This document shows, piece by piece, positions 18,693 through 28,429 of a stretch of 64,000 nt of DNA (position 1 is its first letter; every line of letters begins with the position of its first letter). Position numbers and translations under genes: made by a program. Below the pieces are notes generated by a model. That model was not told the origin of the DNA. It saw only the letters and a list, made by a program, of their open reading frames with translations, and did no database searches. This DNA comes from Candidatus Eiseniibacteriota bacterium (GTDB taxonomy: Bacteria > Eisenbacteria > RBG-16-71-46 > CAVPCR01): contig CAWGMA010000002.1 of the NCBI GenBank assembly GCA_963823555.1, forward strand, positions 512,001-576,000, written 5' to 3'.

Positions 18693-18885
18693 AACCCAAC
18701 CAGGACGGAAGGCAGGTCTCGCACCACCTGCGGTAGTCCTCCATCGTGTCGAAGGAGCGATACCGGGCGTCGTCGAGAACCGGCTTGTAGGTGTGGATGA
18801 AGGCGTAGCGAAGCCGTTCTTCCAGGGTCCTCCGGGCGGCCGCCTGGAAGTCGGCGATCCACTCGTCACGCGTGCGGTCGTTCAT
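18676..18885 (-). CDS. Small hypothetical protein (69 aa), putative partner/antitoxin of the NTase
   Basis: MNDRTRDEWIADFQAAARRTLEERLRYAFIHTYKPVLDD...LPSWLGYG; overlaps the NTase start by 17 nt. Confidence 0.65.
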   Translation of the reverse strand: MNDRTRDEWIADFQAAARRTLEERLRYAFIHTYKPVLDDARYRSFDTMEDYRRWCETCLPSWLGYGRSL

Positions 18886-18934
18886 GGCAAGAATGGTAGC
18901 TTTGGAGCGAGAGTGAGGGCAAGGACTGAGGATC

Positions 18935-20602
18935 TCACCCGGGCGGCTCGCTTCCCCCGGCGGGATACGGGGGGAGCGTGGTAAGGCGCGAATCCTCCAC
19001 GGCGCCCCCCACCGTGAAGTGGTAGAGGCTCTGCAACCGGTCATCGGTGATGCCGCAGAGCTCGTGCACGAGGTCATCGAAGTAGCAGCCGATGCCGGTG
19101 CCCCGGATCCCCGCCGCCTCGGCCTCGAGATAGAGCACCTGCCCGATCATGCCCGTTTCCCAGAAGAGCCGGCGGTAGAACGGCGCGCCGAAGCGCTCGA
19201 GGCTCGTCCGCATCTCGGCGAGCATCCCGAGGCTTGCGGCGCCATCGGCCGCGATCGCCTGCTGGCAGGAGATCTCGGCGGCGATGCCTCGGAGGTCGCC
19301 GCTCGCGAGGAGGAAGAAGGGGAGATCGGGCGAGGAGCCGGGCGCCGGCTCCCAGGCGAGATCGCGGCGCAAAGAGTCGCGCAAGAACGCAATCTTCCGT
19401 GGGTCGCGCGCGAGGAGATAGAGTCCGGGATCGAGGCCGTCGACCCGGTGGACGAAGAGCGCGAGATGGACCCGAGGCCTCCAGGGGAGCGCATCCCAGG
19501 GGATGGCCGCATTCCTGGCGCCCGGCATCAGGCGCGCCAGCATCCGATAGAAGGTGGCAACGGGGATCCGGGTCTCCGCGTCCATGGCGACCGCGCTCCG
19601 CCGGCCGAGGATCACCTCGGCTGCGGTCTTGCCGCTCGTCAGGGGAGCCGCGGCAGGACCGGCGCCGCCCGCCAGTTCTTCATCCCATTCGTGAATATCC
19701 ACGACGAGCGAGCCATGGGCGGCAGCGGTCACTTGATCGATGACCGGCCAGTCGTGCGCGTGCTCCGCGCTGAGCCGGTTCGCCTGCCCACTCCAGACGC
19801 CGCTCGCCGCGGCGGCTCGCGCCGCATCCACTGGAAGCGGGACCGCCTCGGCTGCTCCCGGCCCCGGCGTGACCTCGATCAGGCAATCGGGCTCCTCGCG
19901 CTCGGCGCCGCCCGGGAAGTCGCCCTCGCGATCGAGACCGAGGAGGGCCCCTGTCGCCTCGTCATCCGCCGCGACGAGGCGCGCGCTCCAGCCGAGGGCG
20001 GCGGCCGCCAGGCGGAGCGCGGCGATCGCGTGCCCGCAGTCGTGCTGGCAGTAGCGATAGGCGCGCTCCCCGTATTTCCAGGCCTCGCGCCAGTGGATGG
20101 AGGAGAGCCCGGCAAGGAAGCACGGCTCGGGCCGGCCCGCCGCAAGCGCCGCGAACGACCCGGCCGGGATCGCGGCGCGCTCTTCGAGCGCGTGCTCGCG
20201 CGGCGTGTAATGGTAGACGCCGGGGGTGCTCCCCAGTCCCTCGATCGCGGGCAAGACGGCATAGCCCTCGGTCGGATGCAGGTTCCCGCTCGAGGGATTG
20301 GCGCGGAGCGCCCAGCGCGTGCCGCGGAACTCCTTCCAGGCGGTGAGGGAGAGCGAGAGACGGAAGAAGAGCGAGAGCGAGGCGATGTCAAGGGGAGCCG
20401 CTCTCACCCCGGCATCGCGCGCGTGGAGAGTCTCATAGGGGAGCGCCGGCAACGGGACGTTCAGCGGCAGCGCCATGAGCGGCGCGCCGCGATAGCGGCG
20501 AAAAGGATCGGGCTGGGTGGCCCAGTCGAGCATCCCCGGTCCAGCCGCGAAGCGATGGCGGTGATGCTTGGTGCGCTCGTGATAGCTCGAGACCATATCC
20601 AT
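18935..20602 (-). CDS. SagB/ThcOx-family FMN-dependent dehydrogenase (double nitroreductase fold)
   Basis: YHERTKH, LDWATQPDPFRRY, LRANPSSGNLHPTEGY, WREAWKYGERAYRYCQHDCGHA, RRSA, GQVLYLEAEAAG.RGTGIGCYFDD. Confidence 0.9.
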   Translation of the reverse strand: MDMVSSYHERTKHHRHRFAAGPGMLDWATQPDPFRRYRGAPLMALPLNVPLPALPYETLHARDAGVRAAPLDIASLSLFFRLSLSLTAWKEFRGTRWALRANPSSGNLHPTEGYAVLPAIEGLGSTPGVYHYTPREHALEERAAIPAGSFAALAAGRPEPCFLAGLSSIHWREAWKYGERAYRYCQHDCGHAIAALRLAAAALGWSARLVAADDEATGALLGLDREGDFPGGAEREEPDCLIEVTPGPGAAEAVPLPVDAARAAAASGVWSGQANRLSAEHAHDWPVIDQVTAAAHGSLVVDIHEWDEELAGGAGPAAAPLTSGKTAAEVILGRRSAVAMDAETRIPVATFYRMLARLMPGARNAAIPWDALPWRPRVHLALFVHRVDGLDPGLYLLARDPRKIAFLRDSLRRDLAWEPAPGSSPDLPFFLLASGDLRGIAAEISCQQAIAADGAASLGMLAEMRTSLERFGAPFYRRLFWETGMIGQVLYLEAEAAGIRGTGIGCYFDDLVHELCGITDDRLQSLYHFTVGGAVEDSRLTTLPPYPAGGSEPPG

Positions 20603-22494
20603 CAGGGACGCTGGGGCGGGAAGATCATGAGGCCCGACCTGCCGTCGGCGATGGCGACGAGGCCCCCGCCGACCGCCACCCCGGTGGCGTTTCCCGGCGT
20701 GTCGGCCCCGCCCATGAGCCGCGGCCGGCGCGGATCGCGGATGTCGATCACCTGGAAACCGGACTCCTCTCCGGCCACGTAGGCCGTGCCGCCGGCGACG
20801 AACACATCGCGCGCCCCGCTGGGCGTGGTGATGCTCGCCACGAGCTCGGGTGCGGCGGGGTTCGTGATGTCGATGATATGGACGTCCGCCCCCGGGCCAT
20901 CGGCCACATAGGCGAATCCACCGGCGGCGGCCACGGCGACGGCGCGGCCGTCGGTGTCGATGCCGCCGCTGAGATGCGGCGCCGCCGGATTCGCGATGTC
21001 GATGATCGTGAGGCCATGATCCCCGTCGGCGACGAGCGCATGATGGCCGCTCAAGGCCACGTCCCAGGCATCGCCCGGGGTGTCGATGCGGGCGATCATC
21101 CGCGGCCGCTCGGGATCGACGATCGAGATGATCTCGAGCCCGGCCTGGAAGTCGGCGACGTAGGCCAGATCCCCGGCCGCGGCCACCTCCCAGGCGCCGT
21201 AGGGCGTGTCGATCGTGCCCGCGAGGCGCGCCGCCGCGGGTTGCGACAGATCGACGATGGCGAGCCCGGCCGCATGGGCCGCCACCAACGCATGCGCGCC
21301 CGCGATCGCGACCCCGTACGCCAGATCCGGAGTGAGCACGGTGCGCACCAGGCGCGGAGCGGTCGGGTCGCCGAGGTCGATGACGCCGAGCCCGCCCTCG
21401 TTCCCCGCCACCGCCGCGATCACCGGCCCGCCGCTCTCCAGCTCCGCGATCGCCACCCCGCGCGCGCGGCCGTTCACGTCGAGCGCCGCCACCGGCACCA
21501 CGGCCGCCGGATTGGTGACGTCGATCACCTGCAAGCCCGCCGTGTTGTCGGCGATGTAGGCGAAGCCGTCCTCGATCGCGATGCCGAACGCGAAATCGGC
21601 GAGCGGCACGCGACCGAGGAGCTTCGGCTGCCGTGGGACGCCGACATCGGCGACCACGAGCCCATCACCGCCGAAGTAGGCATGTCCGCCGGCGACCGCC
21701 ACCGCGAACGCCTCCCCGGGAGCCGCGATCTCGGTCTCGATGCGTGGCGCCGCCGGATCGGTGATGTCGACGACGACGAGTCCGCCCTGGAAGCCATCGG
21801 CCACGAACGCGTGCGTGCCATCGACGGCGACCCCGGCTGAGTTCCCCGGCGTGTCGAGCCGCGCCACCGTGATCGGATACGTCGGATCGGTGACGTCGAT
21901 CACATGGAGGCCGAGGCGATGATCGGCCACGTAGGCATGAGTGCCATCGATGGCGACGTCCCGTGCGTCGCGCGTCAGGGCCTGCCCGACGAGGGACGGC
22001 CGCGTCGGATCCGTGACGTCGATGACCTGGAGCCCGAGCGTTCCGTCGGCGACGAAGACGTGCGTTCCGGCCACTGCCACCGCATGGGGCGTGCCCAGAT
22101 CCTCGACGCTGCCGATGATGGGAAGTTCCCCGGGAGCGGACAGGTCGAAGACGAGAAGGCCGCAGTCGGCTCCGACCACGAAGGCATGGGTCGCGGTCGC
22201 CGCTACATCGCGCGCTCCGCCGGGAATGCGGCTCCGGGCGATGATGCGGGGCGAAGAGGGATCGGCCACATCGACTGCGACGAGTCCGAAATCGCCATCC
22301 GTGACGTAGGCCTGGCCGCCGGAGAGCGCGACCGCGGTCGCGTACTCGGGCGTATCGATGCGGGCGAGCCAGTGTAGGTAGTGGCCATAGTCGATGGGGT
22401 CGAGCGGGCGAGCCATCGCCGGCCCGTTCGACAAGGTCAGGACACCGATCAGGGCGCCTACGATGCATCCACGGGGCATAGGGAAAAGTCTCAT
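20602..22494 (-). CDS. Secreted LVIVD-repeat beta-propeller protein
   Basis: Signal peptide; about 14 repeats of roughly 42 aa, 'A..VAV.G.HAYVAD...GL.VIDV.DP..P'; 1-nt overlap with downstream gene. Confidence 0.9.
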   Translation of the reverse strand: MRLFPMPRGCIVGALIGVLTLSNGPAMARPLDPIDYGHYLHWLARIDTPEYATAVALSGGQAYVTDGDFGLVAVDVADPSSPRIIARSRIPGGARDVAATATHAFVVGADCGLLVFDLSAPGELPIIGSVEDLGTPHAVAVAGTHVFVADGTLGLQVIDVTDPTRPSLVGQALTRDARDVAIDGTHAYVADHRLGLHVIDVTDPTYPITVARLDTPGNSAGVAVDGTHAFVADGFQGGLVVVDITDPAAPRIETEIAAPGEAFAVAVAGGHAYFGGDGLVVADVGVPRQPKLLGRVPLADFAFGIAIEDGFAYIADNTAGLQVIDVTNPAAVVPVAALDVNGRARGVAIAELESGGPVIAAVAGNEGGLGVIDLGDPTAPRLVRTVLTPDLAYGVAIAGAHALVAAHAAGLAIVDLSQPAAARLAGTIDTPYGAWEVAAAGDLAYVADFQAGLEIISIVDPERPRMIARIDTPGDAWDVALSGHHALVADGDHGLTIIDIANPAAPHLSGGIDTDGRAVAVAAAGGFAYVADGPGADVHIIDITNPAAPELVASITTPSGARDVFVAGGTAYVAGEESGFQVIDIRDPRRPRLMGGADTPGNATGVAVGGGLVAIADGRSGLMIFPPQRP

Positions 22495-22841
22495 TTGGTC
22501 CCAGTCTAGGTGTGATCCGGGTCTTGAGTCCAGTCAAGGTCCAGGCGAGAGCCGGACGGCAGATCAGCGACCCGACCTGCCATTGTGCCCCACCGCCACC
22601 ACCCTGGTCGGTCAGATCGTCCTGGAATCGACACCGGCATACCGCCCACTCCCTGGTCCATTCGATAGCCCCGCGCCCGACAACGAATTAGTGATCGCTC
22701 CCGGCAGGCTCCGCGGCACCGTTGATGCATCACTCAGAGGGTTGTCCGCTGCGCCATTTGACGCAGCCCGGCCTCCGGGCCGGTGCCAGCGTGGCTGCCG
22801 GTTCCGCGGTCGATCGATCGGCCGGCACCGTGGTCGAAACG

Positions 22842-23267
22842 ATGCACGAACTCCTCTTTGCCCAGACGCTCCTCGATCTGGTCTGCTGTGAAGCGGCGGC
22901 TCACCGCGGCGAGCGCGTTAGCTCGATCAGGCTGCGCGTGGGCGAGCTCTCGGGAGTGGAGCCGCGGGCTCTGGTCGCCGCCTTCGAGGCGCGCAAGGCA
23001 GGGACCGCCTGTGCCGATTCCGAGCTCGTGATCGAGACCATTGCCGCGACCTGGATCTGTGCCGAGTGCGGGAGTGAGCAGCCGACCGACACCGCGGGTC
23101 ATTGCGTGCTGGGATTCTGCGGTGATTGCGGGTGCGATCGAATCGTTCTCATCACTGGCATCGAGATCGATTTCGCCGGCGTGGACTACGTGGCCGCAGG
23201 TGGACCGCGCCTAACCGCTCCCCCCTGGCGCCGCGAGATCGGCATCGAACGCCGCGCCTCGGGGTGA
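22842..23267 (+). CDS. hypA: Hydrogenase/urease maturation nickel metallochaperone HypA
   Basis: MHE N-terminus, LRVGELSGVEP, two CxxC motifs (CAEC, CGDC), G.E tail. Confidence 0.85.
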   Translation: MHELLFAQTLLDLVCCEAAAHRGERVSSIRLRVGELSGVEPRALVAAFEARKAGTACADSELVIETIAATWICAECGSEQPTDTAGHCVLGFCGDCGCDRIVLITGIEIDFAGVDYVAAGGPRLTAPPWRREIGIERRASG

Positions 23268-24104
23268 CCACCCGAGCATGCGGCGCGCTCTCTCGCTCGT
23301 GACCCGCTGATCGAGCACCAGCGCATCGGCGTACGGACCGAGCACCTCCCGCGCCGCCGCGAGCGGCCAGCTCTCGACCTTGCCTCCGGCGCCTCCGGCG
23401 CGGCTGGCTACCTCGGCGATCACGCGCACCGGGACCGATGGCCCGTGAGCCGCGAGGAAGAGCGAGCCGGCGGGGGCGCGGTCGAGGGCGAGGGTATAGA
23501 GCTCGGCCAGGTCCTCGAGTTGCACGAGCGGCCAGTGGTTCCGCCCGTCGCCCACGAAGCGAACCCGTCCTTCGCGCCGTGCCTCGGCCACCATCGCGGC
23601 GATCATGCCCCCGTTGAGTCCGTAGACGATGGCGGGCCGGATCACGGTCGAGCACACGCCGCCCTGCGCCGAGGCCAGGACCTCCCGTTCCACGGCCGGC
23701 CGCCAGGTCACGAGCGGGGTCGGTTGCAGCGGACTCCCCTCATCGGCCACCCGATCTCCCGTGCTGCCCAGGACCCAGACTCCGCTCGTATAGATGAAGG
23801 GCTTGCCGCTCCCGGCAAGGCCATCGAGGATGGCGGTCACCGCCGCCGCGTCAGCGGCCGGGGTCTCGGCGCTGTTCAGGTTCGCCGCGTGCACCGCCGC
23901 GTCGGCGGTGTGCGCCGCATCGGCCAGGAGGTCGGTGTCGCGGAGATCGCCACGGAGCTCGGTGAAGCCGCGTGCCGCCGCCTTGCGGGCCGCCTCGGCG
24001 GAACGCACGAGCCCGATGATCTCGTGTCCGGCCGCGGCCAGCGCCGAGCCGACCGCGCCGCCGATGTATCCGGTAGCGCCCGTGAGCAGGATTCTCACCT
24101 TCAC
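23211..24104 (-). CDS. NAD-dependent epimerase/dehydratase (atypical SDR)
   Basis: LTGATGYIG, GDLRD, IYTSGVWVLG, VIRPAIVYG, RARRMLGWSP. Confidence 0.9.
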   Translation of the reverse strand: MKVRILLTGATGYIGGAVGSALAAAGHEIIGLVRSAEAARKAAARGFTELRGDLRDTDLLADAAHTADAAVHAANLNSAETPAADAAAVTAILDGLAGSGKPFIYTSGVWVLGSTGDRVADEGSPLQPTPLVTWRPAVEREVLASAQGGVCSTVIRPAIVYGLNGGMIAAMVAEARREGRVRFVGDGRNHWPLVQLEDLAELYTLALDRAPAGSLFLAAHGPSVPVRVIAEVASRAGGAGGKVESWPLAAAREVLGPYADALVLDQRVTSERARRMLGWSPRGAAFDADLAAPGGSG

Positions 24105-24110
24105 CTCGTC

Positions 24111-27100
24111 TCAACGAATGAGCACCATCCGCCGCACCTCGCTGGCGGCGCCCGCATCCAGACGGTAGAAGTAGACACCCGAGGCCACCGCGCGGCCCCG
24201 GTCATCGGTGCCGTCCCAGATGGCGGTGTGCGGTCCGGCGGATTCCGAGTCGCTGTGCACGAGAGCGCGCACGCGCCGGCCCATTGTGTCATAGATATCG
24301 ATGCGGACACCACCCGGTGCCGGCAGCGTGTAGCGGATCAGGGTCCGTGGGTTGAACGGATTGGGAATGTTCTGTCCCAGCTCGAACCCGGGCGCCGGTG
24401 CCGCGCCCTGATCTCCGACCCCCACGACGCCCTCGAGCGCGCAGCGCAGCACGCGCCCGAACCCCGGCACGCCGTTGAAGGCGGTCCCGGCCACGATGCA
24501 CGCGCTGGTGGCGGCGAGGGCGTGGACCGCCTCGGCCGCATCGATGGCGCCGCCGTACGCCTCCCAGTCGCCGAATCCGGCGGGGCCGGGCGTCATGCGA
24601 TAGACCCGCGTCGCGCTGCCGCCGCGATCGACCTCGACGCCGGCATAGACCTTCCCCCATCGATCGCGCGCCAGGCTCTCGACGGCGCGCACATCCGGGT
24701 CCGGGAACTCGGTGGTCTTCGTCCACACCGTGCCGAGCGGCTCGGTGACGTAGACGAAGCCCGCATCGCTCTCCTCGACGGCCGCATAGAGCCACTCCGG
24801 GGTCGGGAGCAGCGCGTACACCGATCTCACATCGGGTTCGAGCCCGGACATCGGCAGCCACTCGATGCCGTTATCGGAGCGCAGGATCGAGCCGGCCTGC
24901 CCCTCGTCGAAGCTCACTCCGGCGAAGACGAGGCCCGAGCCCCCGCGGGCGAGAGAGTGCGGGTACATGTCCTCGCCGAGCTCGCCCCAGGGCTGCCAGC
25001 TCGAGCCGGAATCCATCGTGCGCAGGATGAAGCCGCCCAGATTCGCTTCGGGCCGGCCGTAGGCTGCGGCCAGCCACTCGCCGGGGCCGACCGCCACGAG
25101 CGCGGTGACGATTCCCTCGGGGATCGTGAAGACGATCTCCCAGGTTTCGCCCTGATCACCCGAGCGGTAGATGACTCCCGGCCGGGAATCGCCGAGATCC
25201 GCCCAGCCGGCGGCCAGGAGCGCCTGCGGTTCCGCCTGGCCGATCGCCGTGATGGCGCGGCAGCCGGTGAGGGTCCCGAGTGACTCCCAGCTTGCTCCGG
25301 AATCGGTGGAGCGCATGACCTGACCGCGCGTGGTGATGGTGTCGATATGCGTCATGACCGCGGCCAGGATCGACCCCGGCGCGGGCTCGATCACGTGATT
25401 GACGGTGATGGCGGCATCCATCGCCGCGGTCTCGGCCCAGGTCGGCGGTTGATCGATGAGCGGCGCTGCGGGTGGTGGGGCGGAATCGGCGCGATCGCGC
25501 CCGGCGGCGATGGCGCTCCTCCAGCCGGCGGGTCGCACGGTCGGGCCGGTCGCCAGGGGCTTGTCCATCGCCCCGGCGAGATACTCCGGCACATCGAGGC
25601 TCAACGAGGGATCGCCGTAGTAGTTGAAGACCCGGATCCCGCGATCGAGGCCATGCATCGCGGCGTGATGGAGCATGGCGTCGTAGAAGGCCTGGCCGAC
25701 CTGCATGTGGTCGTCGAGCAGGTCATCGTAGAAGTAGTAGCTCAGGGACTGGCCCCCGCCGTCCGTGGGCGATGCCCACCGTTCCTTGTATTCGGAGCCT
25801 GCTGTCGAGCCGATCACCGCCGGCGCTCCGTAGCGGAGGTAGTTCTTCAGCATGGTGCCCGAGCGTGGAGTCCGGATCAGGTAGCGGGAGCGGAGCGGCG
25901 AGGCATCGGCGAGCGAGTCGGGCCCGAAGATGGGCGCGGTCGAGCAGCCGTTCAGGAACACCACCGCCGACACCGGGTGAGCGGGGATATCGCCGGCCCG
26001 GCTGAATTCCGTGTAGCCCACTTCCCCGAGCTTGTAGTCCGGTCGCTCGTTGGGGATGTGGTCGTCGATCCAGCGCTGACCGGACATGCCTCCAGGATGC
26101 CCGTGCGCGACACAGCTCACGAGAGCCTGGCGCTCGAGGGTGCAGCGCGAGCGGTAGGATTCGGTGCTGAGGGGCGCCGTGCAGGGGTGGATCGAGGGTG
26201 CGAGGCCACCCTTCTCGTAGAGCGTCTCGACGCTCCAGGGACCGAGAAAGTCCTGCCGCAAGAGCTCGCCCAGGTCGCCCCCGTCGGTCTGCATGTCCAT
26301 GAGCCCATGGGCCAGGAGGGCCTTTCGCCTCCACGGCCCCGAGCTCGATTCGAAGCTGGTGATGTTGAAGCAGATGGTCTGGACGACCGCCTCGTCGTTG
26401 AAGGGGATGCGGCCGACGAGGAGATCGGGCACCGGGTCGAACCCGTCCTCCAGGAACTCCCCCCAGCGGCCGTCGTCATCCTGGTCCCAGTCCGCCACGT
26501 CGAGCTTGGCGTAGTAATAGTCGGTCCCGTAGCCGAGAAGACCGCCGGGATTCCCGTCGGGGTAGAGCCGGCGCATGGGGAGCTCGTCCACGTCGCCGAT
26601 CAGGAGCACATGGCTGATCTCCTGGTAGTGATCCGCGAGGTAGTTCCAGATCTTCTCGGCGTCATCGGCGCCGGGATACGTGCCATAGATCCACTCGAGC
26701 ACCACCTGATAGGCGTCGTAGCCGATCAGGCTCTTCCAGTTGAGGAGCACCAGCACTTCCTCGGCGAGATCGATGGAGGCGATCACGGCGAAGTCGCCGA
26801 GCGGATAGGCGGCATCGAAGTAGATGCGCCAGTAGCCCGACACGCGGAAGTCGCTCCAGGCCACACAGGGCTCGACCGGCTTCCAGGGGTTGGCGGCGAT
26901 CGCCGGCCGCTGACCGGGGACGGCGGCCCGGTCCTCGTTGATGATCTCGGCGTCGGCCCATGCCTGCGGCGCGGCGCAGTCCGCCCAGGTGTAGACGATG
27001 TTGAAGTCGCGCCAGAAGGCGGCGTGAATGCGCCCGAACGACTCGCTCACGGTCAAATCGACGAGGTCTTCGGCGGCAGCCGTGTAGGGCATGAGCGCGT

Positions 27101-28181
27101 AGCTCCAGCTCGCGCCGGCGTTCGTGCTCGCATAGCATTCGATGTCCGTGTTCTGCGCTGAGCGCAGGCGCGTGTAGGCGACAGCGACGGCATCGTCGCC
27201 GTTGGTGGCCGCCACGCGCGGGTGGTACTCGTCAGCGGCGGATCCACCGATCAGGAGCTCGCTGTCCCAGTTCGATCCCAGGTCGTTGCTGCGGCGCACG
27301 TGGACATCGCGATCCCCCGGAGCGTAGAGGCGCGTGAAGGTGACGTAGAGGTTGTCGCCGCCATAGTCGATGTCGGGGCGATCGAGCTCCGCGATGTCCT
27401 GGGCGAGCGTGGCCGGTGCCGTCCAGCCGTCGCCGAAATTCACGGTCCGGCTGAAGCGCAGATCGCTGGCATCCGGCTGATCGACGAGCCGGGCCCGGAC
27501 ATACGTGACGTAGGCGTACCAGTAGTCGTATTCCGGGTTGTCCACACAGATCTGCGGGTTGGCAACGCCGAGCGGATTGGCTTCGATCAGGACGGCCGCG
27601 GAGCCGCCGCCGTCGAGATCCTCCCAGTAGGCATGGATCGCCGAGCTATTGGTGCCGCGGCCGTACTCGTACACGATGAGGAGGCGATCGTGCACCCCCT
27701 CGCCGATGGCGATCGCCGGTCGGGTCGGATCCTGAGCGGTGACGAGACTGAACTCGTAGGTCCACATGAACCCGCCGTCGGGTGATTTGTAGATGTCGAG
27801 GTAGTTGCTCGTCTGCTCCTCCACCACGACGTAGAGCGTGCCGTCGCTCTGGATGGCCATGGCGGGTGATGCGGACGCGCGGCTGGGATCCGAGACCAGC
27901 ACGTCGGCACGCCAGCCGCCGCCGCGCTGGAGGAGCTCGGTGCGTACGACCCGCTCGACCTGGGAGGCGGGGAGGGCGGTTCCGGCGCTCTCATTCATGA
28001 GACCCGGATCGATGGCGACGGCGGCGGCCACGTCGCCCGCCCTCTTGGCGGCGCGGAGTCGCTCGATGTGAGCGCTCCCGGTCGGGCCGTGGCCGGCACT
28101 CGCCCGTGGAGCGAGGGGAGCGAGGAGAGCGAGGAGAGCGAGGATGCACCCGACCACAAAACAGGTCCGCGACAAAGCCAT
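24111..28181 (-). CDS. Large secreted multidomain protease: BNR/sialidase-like propeller + peptidase C25 (gingipain-like) + second propeller + FlgD-Ig/T9SS-like CTD
   Basis: GGAGG RBS, signal peptide; S.D.G..W BNR motifs; LLIGD, TDYYY, DLLVGRIP, AHGHPG (His), NGCST (Cys), YYGDPSL; CTD QNIPNPFNPRT...IYDTMGRRVR...WDGTDDRG..VASGVYFYRL. Confidence 0.85.
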   Translation of the reverse strand: MALSRTCFVVGCILALLALLAPLAPRASAGHGPTGSAHIERLRAAKRAGDVAAAVAIDPGLMNESAGTALPASQVERVVRTELLQRGGGWRADVLVSDPSRASASPAMAIQSDGTLYVVVEEQTSNYLDIYKSPDGGFMWTYEFSLVTAQDPTRPAIAIGEGVHDRLLIVYEYGRGTNSSAIHAYWEDLDGGGSAAVLIEANPLGVANPQICVDNPEYDYWYAYVTYVRARLVDQPDASDLRFSRTVNFGDGWTAPATLAQDIAELDRPDIDYGGDNLYVTFTRLYAPGDRDVHVRRSNDLGSNWDSELLIGGSAADEYHPRVAATNGDDAVAVAYTRLRSAQNTDIECYASTNAGASWSYALMPYTAAAEDLVDLTVSESFGRIHAAFWRDFNIVYTWADCAAPQAWADAEIINEDRAAVPGQRPAIAANPWKPVEPCVAWSDFRVSGYWRIYFDAAYPLGDFAVIASIDLAEEVLVLLNWKSLIGYDAYQVVLEWIYGTYPGADDAEKIWNYLADHYQEISHVLLIGDVDELPMRRLYPDGNPGGLLGYGTDYYYAKLDVADWDQDDDGRWGEFLEDGFDPVPDLLVGRIPFNDEAVVQTICFNITSFESSSGPWRRKALLAHGLMDMQTDGGDLGELLRQDFLGPWSVETLYEKGGLAPSIHPCTAPLSTESYRSRCTLERQALVSCVAHGHPGGMSGQRWIDDHIPNERPDYKLGEVGYTEFSRAGDIPAHPVSAVVFLNGCSTAPIFGPDSLADASPLRSRYLIRTPRSGTMLKNYLRYGAPAVIGSTAGSEYKERWASPTDGGGQSLSYYFYDDLLDDHMQVGQAFYDAMLHHAAMHGLDRGIRVFNYYGDPSLSLDVPEYLAGAMDKPLATGPTVRPAGWRSAIAAGRDRADSAPPPAAPLIDQPPTWAETAAMDAAITVNHVIEPAPGSILAAVMTHIDTITTRGQVMRSTDSGASWESLGTLTGCRAITAIGQAEPQALLAAGWADLGDSRPGVIYRSGDQGETWEIVFTIPEGIVTALVAVGPGEWLAAAYGRPEANLGGFILRTMDSGSSWQPWGELGEDMYPHSLARGGSGLVFAGVSFDEGQAGSILRSDNGIEWLPMSGLEPDVRSVYALLPTPEWLYAAVEESDAGFVYVTEPLGTVWTKTTEFPDPDVRAVESLARDRWGKVYAGVEVDRGGSATRVYRMTPGPAGFGDWEAYGGAIDAAEAVHALAATSACIVAGTAFNGVPGFGRVLRCALEGVVGVGDQGAAPAPGFELGQNIPNPFNPRTLIRYTLPAPGGVRIDIYDTMGRRVRALVHSDSESAGPHTAIWDGTDDRGRAVASGVYFYRLDAGAASEVRRMVLIR

Positions 28182-28429
28182 GGCAGCCTCCTGCGGCAGC
28201 CGTTGGGGACGGATGCTCGACATCAAGTACAACAGCATCTTGTTGACGCGTCAATTGAATCGAGCCGAATGGCAGATGCACAAATCTAAAATCCTCATTG
28301 CAGGATGCGCGTCTCTCCTCGTATCGTCTGTCCGGTTCTGGCCGCTGGGCAGGCAAGGCTCGGTGCCTCTTGGCGTGGCCGCGCCGGAAGTCTAGGCTCT
28401 TCGGGTAGCTTGGTGGAGGAGGCTCGACC

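Noticed and set aside
18935..20602. SagB/ThcOx dehydrogenase as a sign of a thiazole/oxazole RiPP cluster (with PmbA as maturase)
   Set aside because: No YcaO cyclodehydratase, E1-like protein or Cys/Ser-rich precursor nearby; PmbA is 15 kb away and unlinked.
20602..22400. Periodic DNA similarity of about 126 bp (and about 117 bp at 56250-56830)
   Set aside because: Caused by LVIVD and RCC1 protein repeats, not by a nucleotide array or mobile element.
28110..28145. 9-bp repeat GCGAGGAGA
   Set aside because: Encodes the Leu-Ala-Leu pattern of a signal-peptide core; explained by the protein sequence.
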